NCBI GenBank assembly: GCA_951406725.2
Contig: OX597835.1
Span: 11,842,001-11,906,000, forward strand
Source of the DNA: Octopus vulgaris
Lineage: Eukaryota
Length of the DNA stretch: 64,000 bases
Direction of reading: 5' to 3'
The translations under genes were made by a program, and so were the position numbers. Shown here one piece after another: positions 14,318 to 28,811 of the stretch. Each line of letters opens with the position of its first letter. Positions within the stretch are counted from its first letter, which is position 1. A model generated the notes under the pieces. That model had not been told where the DNA came from. It did not search any database and saw only the letters and a list, made by a program, of their open reading frames with translations.

Positions 14318-14847
14318 ATAATTATTATTATTATCGAGTGAGAGAGCAGTTCATGCCATCAAAGTGACACTGGGGTAAAATATACGAAGCCCAATATACC
14401 CATCATGACTACCCGTCTGATAAAGGTACACCAGGCACATGCATCACAACCATATGTGCGCGACATGGTGATCTCATATCAAGATAAACAGCACATGACC
14501 TTGCAGGTGGAGCCCAGTTAGAATTTTCTTCAGGTTGAGTAGCCCATCCCGCTCAAACGGACCCTGAATAAGGGTTGTTTAAGGATGTTGAAAGAACCAC
14601 CCATGTTTCCAAGGTGAACTATTCAAACCCCAAAGAATCCCTCTCAACACATGGCTATGATGCTCCCCCACTACTTCTGCTCGTGATCAGAGATGCACAT
14701 ATCGTCAACCACTAAGGGACATGCTCAACTGGTTAAGGTCAAACAACTGACAAGCAAATCTGTGGTATTGAGCAGAATATTTGCTGTAGCCCATCTTTTA
14801 TACCAAGACAAAACAATGTACATGATAACACTTCCAATCAGTTAAGA

Positions 14848-14848
<1 letters not shown>
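14089..14848 (-). mobile_element. Two tandem element-D copies (14089-14257 with the 5' end; 14337-14848 nearly complete) separated and followed by (ATT)n
   Basis: Reverse complement of 2608-3080. The segment atgctcaactggttaagg...cagttaagat occurs in both copies. Confidence 0.85.
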
Positions 14849-14915
<67 letters not shown>

Positions 14916-15283
14916 GTACTGAGAGAGAGGGGGAGAAAAACAACTGTCATATAAAGCGTCAAACAATATATCTACAGTAATTAAGTACTCAATACTGGGT
15001 CGTTTAAACGAAACACGTTATGACAATGCATTAAATCCAAGTGGAAAAGCTTACACGTATTTAACGATTAGCATAGTCTGTAATATTCAGGATAGTATAA
15101 TATAAATATTAGTGTTAATTTAGATTATTTTAATTCATTTATATGCATCTTAATTACGTATTATGAAATTAATTATGCTTATTTTAATATCTTAATATTC
15201 TTAATGAGATAGCTGTTGAAGTAATTCAATTATGTACTCTCAGTGAAACATAATTGTCTGCTTATATATATACATACATACAT

Positions 15284-15361
<78 letters not shown>

Positions 15362-15401
15362 ATATATACATATGTATATATATATACATATATATATACA
15401 C

Positions 15402-15441
<40 letters not shown>

Positions 15442-15443
<2 letters not shown>

Positions 15444-15650
15444 AAGGCGTGTGGCTTAGTGGTTAGTGCGCTCAAATCGCAATCAGCGGTGCGTTGTCTC
15501 CTTGAGCAAGACTCTTTATTTCACATTGCTCCAGTCTGGTCAGCTGGCAAAAACACTTGTGCAATGGATCAGTAGGCTAGCCTTGTCATATTCCGTGTGT
15601 GACGCTGAATCTCATTGAGAACCTCGTTGAGTGTACGTGTGTCTGTGGAC
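15442..15650 (+). mobile_element. Old tRNA-derived SINE with a CORE-like body and the SINE-B tail
   Basis: gtggcttagtggttag head, ccttgagcaagact, and ccttgtca...gacgctgaatctc...gtgtctgtgga tail. A similar copy lies at ~43995-44282. Confidence 0.6.
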
Positions 15651-15687
15651 GAGTAAATATGTGTGTACACGTGTGGAGGGTGAGTCC

Positions 15688-15753
<66 letters not shown>

Positions 15754-16325
15754 ATGTGTGTGTGTGTGCATGCGCGTGTCTGTGTTTGTATTCGTATGTG
15801 TGTATGTGTTTGATTTCATGCCATTCGTGAACACACATATACTCGTATCTGCGCACACACTTAGACCAAAATTAGGCAAATTATATTTTGATCGCCGGAG
15901 TTGACAATTTAAGAATATTTGTATGATATTCAGGTGCTTGTCTAATTTTCCATATTTCTATTGACAAGAGACGTTTCTCCTTAATATCAATTATAGTAGT
16001 TATACTATCGATAGTAATTAATGAATATAATTATTTGTCTGACTGTATACTCAACAACTTCAATATTGCATTTATACGCTTAGATACTGTTTAGCAGCTT
16101 TCGATACACCTCACTTAACCTTCGTCATTATTTTGATCTCAGCTTTCTTAAATCATTTATCTCCTTTATTTTATGACTATTTATTTAGAAGATGGTGAGA
16201 TGAAAGAATCGTTACACACTGTCTTTACATTCTGAGTTCAAATTCTGCCGAGGTCGATGTTGTCTTTCATCATTTCGGGGGTCGATAAAAATCTTTACAA
16301 ACCTAGCACTGGCATCGATATATAT

Positions 16326-16558
16326 ATTTCTTTATTGCCCACAAGGGGCTAAACATAGAAGGGACAAACAAGGACAGACAAATGGATTAGGTCGATTACA
16401 TCGACCCCACCTAGTGCGAAACTGGTACTTTATTTATCGACCCCGTAAGGATGAAAGGCAAAGTCGACCTCGGCGGAATTTGAACTCAGAACGTAACGAC
16501 AGACGAAATACCGCGAAGCATTTCGCCCGGCGCGCTAACGTTTCTGCCAGCTCGCCGC
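16326..16558 (-). mobile_element. Young full-length SINE-A nested antisense in an older SINE-A (~16190-16645)
   Basis: 16-bp TSD cactggcatcgatata at 16307-16322 and 16564-16579. Confidence 0.9.
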
Positions 16559-16806
16559 AATAACACTGGCATCGATATAGTTGCCTAGTCCCCACCCCCA
16601 ACATCCTCCAAAAGAATTCAGGTCTTGTGCATATAGTAGAAATGGTTAGCGATGGGCTGGCGTGTAAAAGAAAATACAGCGGCATTTTTTACGTTCTCAG
16701 TTCAAATTCTGCCTTAATCGGGTTTACCATACGTCTTTTCACGGTCGGTAAAATAACTACTCTTCGCACTACATTTTCAAGTCTTGTGTCTATAGTATAA
16801 AAAATT

Positions 16807-16967
16807 ATTACATTATTGACATTATTTACATTTGACCGATATTTGTCCTCATCTTGTTTGTTGTCAGCACAACGTTTCGGATGATATAGCCTCCAGCCTT
16901 CATCAGGTGTGTTGGGGAAATTTCGAACCTGGGTTCTCATTTCTAATGTATTTTTCGATATTATTAT
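16807..16967 (-). mobile_element. Hammerhead-containing module (HHR at 16867-16911)
   Basis: Minus strand: cac CTGATGA a ggctg[gaggctatat]catcc GAAA cg TT gtg. Same family as 28553-28700. Confidence 0.75.
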
Positions 16968-17040
16968 GGCGTAGTGGTTAAGAGTGCGGGCTACTAACCT
17001 CAAGATTCCGAGTTCGATTCTAGTCAGTGACCTGAATAAT
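16967..17040 (+). mobile_element. tRNA-like Pol III head followed by (AAT)n
   Basis: tggcgtagtggttaagagtgcgggctactaacctcaagattccgagttcgattct has A box TGGCGTAGTGG and B box GAGTTCGATTC. The acceptor stem is not intact, so this is a SINE head rather than a tRNA gene. Confidence 0.7.
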
Positions 17041-17519
17041 CATAATATAATAATAATAATAATACTTTCTATGTAATCTCCAATTTTAAAACAAACAATT
17101 TTCGTATGGTTTCTTAAACATTCTCTAGAACAACAATTTATGTACAAAGCCAAATATATGGCAGGCTAGGTATAGCGCCAACATGAACTCCTAAAAGCTA
17201 AATAATGTTCACAATACCTCATCTCTTAAATATAGGTTGAATTATTATTTTATGATTATTTATTTACTGCCAGTAATTTAGCGCGTCGAAGAAAAGTCTT
17301 AGCAGTATTTCCAAAGAGTATTTGAGTTCGGAGTTCAAATTTCGCTCATATCGGTTCGTGTCTCATCTAAGCTGGGTCGATGAAATAAGTACCAGTTGAG
17401 CACTGGGTCGATGTAATCTACTAGGTCCCTTTCCACAAAATATCAGACCTTATTCTTATATAAGAAACTTTCTCAATACATTCATTCTTCTGAATAACAC
17501 TGATGTTAATATAGCTATA

Positions 17520-17895
17520 TTTTATCTTTGACTTGTTTCAATCTTTAGACTGCAGCTATGCCTTGAAGAATTTTTCGTCGAATGTATCGACCCCAGTTCT
17601 TTTTTTTTTAAAGCTTGGTACTTACTCTATCGGTCTCTTTTGCTGAATCGCTATGTTACGGGAAATAATCACATCAGCACCGATTGTCAAGCAGTGGGTG
17701 GGGACAAACAGAGGCACAAAGACAAACGCACGCACACACACAGATGTACACACACACATTCATATACATATATACGATGGGCTTCTATCAGTTCCCATTC
17801 ACAAGCCATTGGTCGGCTCGGAACTATAGTTGAACCCAAGGTGCCTCACGATGGGACTGAACTCGGAACCATGAGGTAAGGAAGCAAGCTTCTTT
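17520..17895 (-). mobile_element. SINE-C, diverged copy
   Basis: Aligns by eye to 37165-37592. Other partial copies at ~23980-24262, 30610-30725, 35815-36125 and 50305-50560. Confidence 0.75.
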
Positions 17896-18290
17896 CGGAA
17901 ACACTACCACCTTCAGAGTAAAGATGAATATTTTGTACTTATATGTTAATGTATTATGGTCTATACCTCATTTATTCTTATGATTTTATACAGTTAAAAC
18001 GTTCTGAAACTAGGAATTAATCGTGTATTAACACTGTTGGTTAGGCCCTCACTCCGGCTGATATTGAACCGATTCAGTTCCACAATAGTATTGGTGGCTT
18101 CTATTGTCCACATGACAAATATTGATTCAAACTTATATACAAAAATTCTGGAAAGATTTAATCAATTTTTATATTCAGAATATTTCATTATATTTTGTCA
18201 TAAACAAAATTTATTCTTCCCGATATTGTATCGAAAACGTTCAGTCTGTTACATATATATTAAACACATGTGTTCTTATATTTAAATGTA

Positions 18291-18371
<81 letters not shown>

Positions 18372-18420
18372 TTAATAGTCAGTTTGTATATAGTAATTTC
18401 AAATGCATACAAATTCAGAA

Positions 18421-18460
<40 letters not shown>

Positions 18461-18677
18461 TATATGTGTATACATATACATCCACATCTAACTATATATG
18501 TACGTATAACATTTAATACATATACCAGTTATGTCGACACAATTATAGTTACATCACTATTCTAAATCGCTATGAAATTGTGCTCCTATTATTTACTATT
18601 TTTCCTAAACTAAATGTTTTCTAAACACACACACACACGTACATACGTGCGCTCATATACATGTATATGTGTAAGTG

Positions 18678-18826
<149 letters not shown>

Positions 18827-19580
18827 GTATGTATATATACCTTTAACACCTACGGAGGTATTTTGTAAATAATAGTGTATTTGGAACTGAAAATTTGAAA
18901 ACTTTTTGAATTTAATATACTGAATGCTTTCGCTAGCTAACTTTGATTACTTCCTGCTGTAAAAATAAAACTTTTCATTTTGGTCAGTAATTTTTTACAG
19001 AGTATATTTTCTACGGTATTATATGATATTCTTCCATCTTGTTAAATACACAATAAATTTAATATACGCTCTATCACTAGATATATGTTTAATGCTGCCC
19101 GTTTGTAAAGAGTTATTTTATAGGTATACAATATTCTGAGAATATATGTAGGCGTAGATGGAGATTTGTTTATCTACATCGTCCTTCCGTTTAATGAGAT
19201 CTTGTCCTTATTAAATATTTGCCATAAACAGAAAGTTATACGTAAATACACCGCCTTAATTCCTTGGGAACGTGTGAAGTGGATTCACGTTTCGTTTAGA
19301 ATATATTCTATAATTTACCTGTCAGTAACATTCATTAATTTCTACTGGAGATTCCTGAAAGACGAAACAATTGATTTCGTAACAACAGTTTTCATGTATA
19401 ATTTTTGTTTTGTAGATTAATCATCCTACTGCAATTTTATGAACACATTTCACATCGCTATGTATGTGTTGCGTATATATTAATTGCATTATCAATTCGT
19501 GCACATACACATACATATATAAACACACGTATACATGCATGTATACACACACATACACACACACACACATATATATACAT

Positions 19581-19616
<36 letters not shown>

Positions 19617-19686
19617 GTTTGTGTGACAGTATGTACATGTTTGATCAGACACATGTGTGTGTAGGTCTATTTGAAGCTTTACACAT

Positions 19687-19718
<32 letters not shown>

Positions 19719-19734
19719 GCATATTAATATATAC

Positions 19735-19963
19735 ATATTTTTTTCTCTCCTTGTTTTTTCTGTGTCCCTTTCTGTAGAAGAGCGTAGGCTCGAAACGTAA
19801 AAGACTTCTTCTATTCCTGAGCGTTATACTAATACATCTGATTGTTTTGTACACCACCTGTCTTTGATATTTTTGATAAGGTTCGTCTTTTCAAGAAGAA
19901 CCGAAACATGTAAAATCTCTAAGAAAATTAAAATTCACCTTATATAGTGGCGTTTTCAAACTT

Positions 19964-19965
<2 letters not shown>
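19735..19965 (+). mobile_element. Two adjacent hammerhead-like modules between (TA)n tracts (HHR-like at 19768-19803 and 19866-19919)
   Basis: cttt CTGTAGA a gagc[gtag]gctc GAAA cg TA aaag, and attt TTGATAA ggttc[...]gaacc GAAA catg TA aaat. The first family reappears reversed at the window end (~63940-64000). Confidence 0.65.
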
Positions 19966-20044
<79 letters not shown>

Positions 20045-20304
20045 ATGTATATAATATATATATACATATATAGATATATAGATATATTTGTTGTTGGTGT
20101 GATGTCTTCATTGCGGATAGCATTGTAAATAGTTTTTGCTGCCAAATATAGTTAGCACCGAGCTGTAGCAGAGGATACTTCACCACGACGTTATTCCGTG
20201 TATTTGAACCCGGTACCTTGTGGCTTTGAAGCGAATTTCCGACCGCACGCCCATATCTTTGCTTACGTATTTCCAGATGTGCATATATCCACATTTATAT
20301 ATCG

Positions 20305-21012
20305 TGGCACTACGCCGACGAGGGTTCCAGTTGATCCGATCAACAGAACAGCCTGCTAGTGAAATCAACGTGTAAGTGGCTGAGCATTCCATAGTCACGT
20401 GTACCCTGAACGTAGTTCGCGGGAAGATTCAGCGTGACACGGGGTGTGACACGGGTGGCCCTTTTAAATACAGGTACAACAGAAACAGGAAGAATGAGTG
20501 GAAGAAAGAGTACAATAGGATTCGCCACCACCCCTGTTGGAGCCTCGTGGAGCTTTAGGTGTTTTCGCTCAATAGGGAGGAAGCACTCCGTCGGTTACGA
20601 CGACGAGGGTTCCGGTTGATCCGAATCAACGGAACAGCCTGCTCGTGAAATTAACGTGTACCCTTAACGTAGTTCTCGGGGATATTCATCGTGACACGGA
20701 GAGTGACAAGGCCGGCCCCTTGAAATACAGGTACAACAGAAACAGGAAGTAAGAGTGAGAGAAAGTTGTGGTGAAAGAGTACAGCAGGGATCACCACCAT
20801 CCCCTGCCGGAGCCTCGTGGAGCTTTTAGGTGTTTTCGCTCAATAAACATTCACAACGCCCGATCTGGGAATCGAAACCGCGATCCTATGACCGCGAGTC
20901 CGGTGCCCTAACCACTGGGCCATTGCGCCTCCTTCGCTCAATAAGCACTCACAACGCCCGATCGCCCAACCGCGACTCCATTGCCCTATCCATTGGACCA
21001 TTGCACATCCAC
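20305..21012 (-). mobile_element. Cluster of SINE-B copies (older ~20305-20572, younger ~20578-20932, head remnant ~20933-21012)
   Basis: Repeated gacgagggttcc...caggtacaacagaaacaggaag...tgttttcgctcaata. The younger copy appears to split the older one at cgctcaata. Confidence 0.85.
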
Positions 21013-21466
21013 TACATCTATATATACATACCCGTGTATACCCATGCTTTTGTCTTGTGCCTTCACTTCTGATCTTATACTTGCGTATTTCTTGTATCTC
21101 TATCTTTAACTTATACATCATATTATTTCTTTGAACACTATTCCTGTTCCCCTTCTCTTCTACATCAAACCTGTCTTCTTCTAAATCCCTATTATTTCTC
21201 TCCGTCTTTCATTTCAGCAACTTTAAAAATTTTACCTTCTTCACTAAACGTCTTCTAATTTTCTATAATATATCAATGTTTACGCAGCAATTACTTCTTC
21301 AAGTCACTTACTGCCGCCGAGAGGGTTGTCAGCGAAACATTCAAGCAACAGCCACTCTGCATTTCTGTACAAACAATTATACACACACACTTGCATTCAC
21401 ATGTGTGAGTGTGTATACATATATGTAAATTTAAGTATATATGTATATGTGTTTGAACATGTGTAA

Positions 21467-21500
<34 letters not shown>

Positions 21501-21623
21501 GCACACAGACACACATATATATATATGCATATATATATATATACATATATACAGTACATGTATATTCATTTATCGATATCTGTCTGTCTATCTGTCTACC
21601 TATTTATCTATCTATTTACCTAC

Positions 21624-21756
<133 letters not shown>

Positions 21757-21776
21757 AATATTTATATAAATATTTA

Positions 21777-21871
<95 letters not shown>

Positions 21872-22361
21872 TAGTGTGTGTGCGCGCACGCGCTCGCATG
21901 TGTGTTGCTACGATGCACTCACACAGATGTCTTTTACTAACATTTAGTCTTTTGTGCATGCCCATTCATACCTACACATATCCACGGGCATACACAAAGA
22001 CGCAAAATTCACATCATATCACGTATACGTAATCAACCGCAAAACATCTTACATATCTAAAGCTATTTCCATTTGATGCTATTCGAAATAAATTCAACAT
22101 ATAATTTCATAGTTTAGTTATTTCATTTTTTTTTTTTTTTTTTTTATTCTGTTATCAAAACTGAAAAATTAAGACCTAAATATTTCAAACATATTTCTAC
22201 ACGCATAAACACATAAAAAAGAATCAGTTTTGTAAAGATGCCTGAATTTTCAGTGTAGATGAGTACATTCCTAATCATACAACTTTATCCTGAGGGTATC
22301 ACTTTAAAACGGTTTTAACTCATCATTTCAAGTAATATTCTTCCTACTTTTGCTGTGTGGT

Positions 22362-22738
22362 GGAAGCACTCCGTCGGTTACGACGACGAGGGTTCCGGTT
22401 GATCCGAATCAACGGAACAGCCTGCTCGTGAAATTAACGTGTAAGTGGCTGTGCACTCCACAGACACGTGTACCCTTAAGGTAGTTCTCGGGGATATTCA
22501 GCGTGACACAGAGAGTGACAAGGCCGGCCCTTTGAAATACAGGTACAACAGAAACAGGAAGTAAGAGTGAGAGAAAGTTGTGGTGAAAGAGTACAGCAGG
22601 GATCACCACCTGCCGGAGCCGCGTGGAACTTTGGGTGTTTTCGCTCAATAAACACTCACAACGCCCGGTCTGGGAATCGAAACCGCGATCCTACGACCGC
22701 GAGTCCGCTGCCCTAACCACTGGGCCATTGCGCCTCCA
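22362..22738 (-). mobile_element. SINE-B, full-length
   Basis: Near-identical to 12804-13191. Confidence 0.9.
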
Positions 22739-23349
22739 AGTACGAATTACACTTCTCTCAAGTACGAATTCCACTGATCTTTCTATTCAAATACATTTTT
22801 GAATTTATTTATATATGTATGTATTTGCTTATTCATTAATTGTTACTTATTTCCTCTTTGTTCACAATGTTATTTATTATGCTATGGTTTTCTGTTGTTG
22901 CTATTATCCACCTTGTTCTTGCAGCTATCTTCACACCAGAAGAACAATTCTTTGCTTTTTAAGATGACTTAAATTTGACACTGATTGATGAAGACACTTT
23001 TAAAGATATCCTGAAATTATTGAAACTATTACTTGTTTTAGAGAAAAGGTCGAGAGAGTTGGTAAAAATCAATAGGAAACAATGATTCAAAAATTTCGTT
23101 ATTTTCTGTTCATAACAATTGTCTATTTCGTAGCTGACCTGTCCTCTCTCTCTAGGCAAGCAACTATCTCTTCAAATACTATTATGAAAAGATTTCAACT
23201 TTTCATACGTACGTGCCTTCACACTTAGAAATCATTCGTAATTAGAAGTCTTCACAGCTACATAGGTATATCTTTGTATGTCTATATATAGAGTGAAAGA
23301 TAGACAGTTAGATAGATATATAGATAGATAAATAGACAGACTGACAGGC

Positions 23350-23392
<43 letters not shown>

Positions 23393-23411
23393 TAGATAGA
23401 TAGATAGATAT

Positions 23412-23469
<58 letters not shown>

Positions 23470-23509
23470 GAATATATGTATGTAAGTCTATGTTCATAGA
23501 TATAAATAT

Positions 23510-23549
<40 letters not shown>

Positions 23550-23552
<3 letters not shown>

Positions 23553-23789
23553 ACGACCTCGAACCCACAAGTGTGAACAAGAGAGACAGAGCAAGGCAGA
23601 AACAAGGAAAATGCCACTTATATTTGAACACTATACAAATGTTCCTTTAAAAAAACATTTCTTTTAATTTTTCTAAATCTAATTATTTAATCCTTACAGT
23701 TGAAAAGGTCTCAAAGTGACTGAAACCTGTACTGAAATGTTCTTTATAAAATGATTTTAGCATTTTCTATTTTGACTTATTTTTTCATA

Positions 23790-23790
<1 letters not shown>
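23550..23790 (+). mobile_element. Short module between (TA)n tracts with a hammerhead-like motif (23697-23734)
   Basis: cag TTGAAAA ggtc[tcaaagt]gact GAAA cctg TA ctg. Confidence 0.55.
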
Positions 23791-23854
<64 letters not shown>

Positions 23855-23875
23855 TATGCGAATGTGTGTGTGAGT

Positions 23876-23913
<38 letters not shown>

Positions 23914-24393
23914 TTTATCCTGCTCCTGCTATATTATTAGCATTATCCTGCGTTTGAGAATAAAATTATTCTTATCCTATTAGTTCTTTTGTCGAATCGC
24001 TAAGTTACGGGGACGGAAACACACCACATTGGTCGTTAAGCAATGGTGGGTGGACAATCACATACACAAATATATATATATTTATATACACATATGTACG
24101 ACGGGCTTCTTTCAGTTTCCGTCCACCAAATCCACTCACAAGGATTTGATCGACCTGAGGCTACAGTAGAAGACACTTGGTCAAGGTATCACGCATTGCG
24201 ACCGAACCAGGAACCATGTGGTTGATGTGAAACAAGCTTCTTACCACATAGCCACACAGCGCCTGTTAGGAAGTGTAATCATTTAAGTAGTGTGCCTGCA
24301 GAAGATTTAAAGTCGGCACACGACGACCCACTGAGTGGCCACTGAGCAAGCAGTTGGCAAGAAGTATACCTTATATATAGTTATTGTTCTTCA

Positions 24394-24477
<84 letters not shown>

Positions 24478-24676
24478 TTATTTATTTATATATTTATATA
24501 GGGAGCAAATAATTCAGGAGAAAATATCTGCGAAGATATTATTGACAGCTGGGGAAATGTGAAATGTAGTGTTATGCTCAAGAGCACAACATACCACCTT
24601 GTCTAGTAATAGAAGCCATCAAACCACCATATTTCAATCGTAAGTGTCCATAAGTGTTTCACATAACATATGTGTA

Positions 24677-24709
<33 letters not shown>

Positions 24710-24721
<12 letters not shown>

Positions 24722-25099
24722 TCAAGTTGTGTGCCTGTCTCCTACGATTTAGATTCCTAACTACTCCCACATTTTGCGGTGCAGTTTAACCAAAACCGGG
24801 TATCTTATAGTCGTGATTCTTATCGAGCCCTTCTGGGTATTAGCGCGCGTCTACGATGAGTCTACGATTTTAAAAAAATTACCATCATTTTTTTTTATTT
24901 TAATGCATTTTTTCGCTATTATATAAGGGAAGTAACTCTCTAAAAATGTCTACGATGAGTCAACGATTTAAAAAAAAATTACCATCATTTTTTTCCATTT
25001 TTAATGCATTTTGTTGCTATTTTTTGGCTATAACTCTCTAAAAATGCTTATATAGTTATTTCCCTTACAAACCCGAGCAACGCCGGGCGATACTGCTAG
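24710..25099 (+). mobile_element. Non-autonomous Helitron
   Basis: The 3' end has a GC hairpin cccgagcaacgccggg (25072-25087), 8 nt, then CTAG followed by T. It contains an internal ~100-bp tandem duplication and no TSD; the 5' end merges into (TA)n. Confidence 0.8.
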
Positions 25100-25293
25100 T
25101 ATATATATATAATTTTGGGATATGCTGACTTCGTAAAGGTATAGTCGCATCCAAGGAAATACTGGTTCAATAACTATGTATTGTTGGCGAATGGAATTCC
25201 CTTAAAACAATTGATATATATTAAGCATATAATTTATATCCAGTCTACTGAAATGAACTGATAGGTCCTCATATCTCGAGATATAACATCATT

Positions 25294-25389
25294 TTCTCTG
25301 ATGAAATTATGGTCATGTCATATAAATGGAAATTTAATGCACAAATTTGTAATTAAATTATTGAACATTAATTGAAACAGCTGTAAGAA
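25294..25389 (+). ncRNA. Hammerhead-ribozyme-like motif with a long stem II loop
   Basis: ttct CTGATGA aatta...(AT-rich)...taatt GAAA cagctg TA agaa. Canonical core, 4-bp stem I, palindromic stem III ACAGCTGT. Confidence 0.7.
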
Positions 25390-25484
25390 GTACAGATGAT
25401 CAATTTGTTAATTTGTTAATAATAAATGTTATCTTCCTACTCTCTATTTTCCTTTCTTCATTTAACTGGCTATAATATAATAAA

Positions 25485-25566
<82 letters not shown>

Positions 25567-25699
25567 TCAGACAATTCGATATATATACAGGATGATTAAT
25601 CTACAATATATATACAGACGATTCGAAGATATTGGATCCACATTACGTTAGGGATTATATAATATACGTATACATCTATTTTTCAATATGCAATATGAA

Positions 25700-26100
<401 letters not shown>

Positions 26101-27375
26101 CGAACACACATACACAAGATATGTTTTTTACTTGTTCGTGGGCAGGCTAGAAGTTATAGGTGTTAACATCAGGCGAATTGACGAGAAGATATTCTGTTAC
26201 ACCTATAAATTGCAGCCCGCTCACGGACTGGCAAAACACATACCTTGTGCATGTGTGTCCTATATATCCCTCGGGCTGCTTCTCATTAATATTTGAATGT
26301 GTGTGTTTGTGTATCGCCCCGACTTGCGAAGTTTGTCTCCACTTCTTTCGCTCCTCAGCATTAACTCTCTTTAATCTCTCCCATATCAACTCTTTCTAGC
26401 TAGTATTGATTCACACATGCTTAAACTCAATAAAATATCTATCAAATTGACTTCCCTTAAAAAGTTCCCAATTCCTGGCAATAAACAAGAGAGTGACCTT
26501 ACTCAACAGGTTTCGGGGCTCGAAGATCAGACAGTCTATCAAGGTGGAGCCGCTATTCCTCCACATTGGGAAGTTACAACTCCGTTACGCAGGACATGTG
26601 ATAAGAATGTCACAGGGAAGCATCGCAAGACAAATTCTTGAATCTAAGTAAGAAGGAGTTGCTGGATAATATCCATAGTCATAGATGGTTGTACTTGAGA
26701 ATTCAGCCAGAAAATTTAATGATGTTTTCTTCAGACCGGATGCTAATGAGGAGTCTAACGTCACAGCTCTGTCGTGGATAGTATACAGAAATGATGGGTG
26801 GATGAATGGATGGATGGATGGATGGATGGATGGATGAAAGGATAAAGGAGGTGATGGATCAACGGAAGATTAACTATATTAACTCTGGCCTGATCATTTT
26901 TCTCAGCTACCCGTCAACCATTTCATATAGCTTTATTCCTTAGTATTTTAACAAGAACGGTACGGAATGTTATTCGTATCAGAGACAACTTTGAGTTGTT
27001 CGATAATTTCAGCCTCTCAGTACAATTATACCAGCTTTTCTATCCAACCATAATAGTGCATTGTTACAATCGAAAATATGAAACGTGCTTTTCTATTTCG
27101 TTAATTCACATCAATGATCTTCGGTTTCCGATAAATATGAAAGGCTTCTAATTTGGCAATAATTGTTACAAAAAGCTTCGAGTTCTAACATTTAGAAATG
27201 TTTCAATTATACATAAATAACGAACAATGTCAAGTGTTTAGGTGCTTCCTATTCAAACTGATGGTTTTTTTTTATCAAACCTTCGTGTATATCTGTACGT
27301 GTATGTGTGTATGCGTGTGTGTTCGCGGGTACAAGCGCGTGCGCCTATGTGCATGAAGATAGATATATGCATACT

Positions 27376-27409
<34 letters not shown>

Positions 27410-27481
27410 ATATGTGTGTGTGTGTGTATATATGTGTGTGTGTGTGTGTATGTGTGTATGTGTGTGTGTGTGTATGTGTGT

Positions 27482-27905
<424 letters not shown>

Positions 27906-28552
27906 ATGCATATAATGCATATATGGATACAGAACATCCCCAACAGTAAGCATGAAATACGAAAACAAATGAGTTTAATATGCAAACAATGGAACAAATG
28001 GAAAACAGGACAAGTAACATAAAGAACGACCCTTCATCAGTTGTCGGATTTCTATCTACTCCTCATTTCGAGCATTGAACGACAATATGAATATTCGAAA
28101 TCAGATGCCCCCATAAATACCAAAATAAAATTTTGGATTTATGGAGGGTGAAAGTTGGGAAGCAGAACAGAATAGTGGACACATACAAGGAAACCGAACA
28201 AAAGCAAACATGGAGGGTGGTTATGCTAGAACGAGAGTGAATTAACGAACGCTGGAGAAATATTTTCTTTGAAAAGAGAAAATATAGAAGAGAGATATAG
28301 TAGACGTCCAGTCCTGAAGGGAAAGAAACATGATCACGTGAGGAAAAGAAAGTTGGACGATGGTCACGTGTGAGGAACGAGAGGGAGAGCAAAAAAGAAA
28401 GAGAGAGAGAGAGATAGAAAAGGGGGAATGGGAGAAAAGTGAATTAGAGAAAAAGGATGTTAGAGAAAACAGTATGGAGCAGAGTCGTATCAAAAAGATT
28501 AAGAGAAACTTACTTGGAAATGGATGCGTGGCGTTCAATCAAATAATAATAT

Positions 28553-28695
28553 ATTATTTACATTATTTACATTCGACGGATATTTGTCCCCATCTTTGTT
28601 GTTAACACAACGTTTCGGCTGATATACCCTCCAGCCTTCGTCAGGTGTCTTGGGGAAATTTCGTACCTGGGTTCCCATTCCTAAGGTTTTTTCGA

Positions 28696-28700
<5 letters not shown>
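28553..28700 (-). mobile_element. Hammerhead-containing module (HHR at 28604-28649), preceded in its own sense by (AAT)n
   Basis: Minus strand: gacac CTGACGA a ggctg[gagggtatat]cagcc GAAA cg TT gtgtt. Perfect 5-bp stem II and 5-bp stem I including one G-U pair. Confidence 0.8.
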
Positions 28701-28762
<62 letters not shown>

Positions 28763-28811
28763 GTTGTTGTTGTTGTAGTTCTTGTTGTTGTTGTTGTTGT
28801 TTATTTATTTA

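Noticed and set aside
16967-17040. Functional tRNA gene (also the SINE-B and SINE-C heads)
   Set aside because: A and B boxes are present, but the acceptor stems are not intact and the heads are fused to repeat sequence.
28020-28080. CTGATGA on the minus strand as a hammerhead
   Set aside because: No downstream stem II plus GAAA in register, and a permuted fold pairs only weakly.
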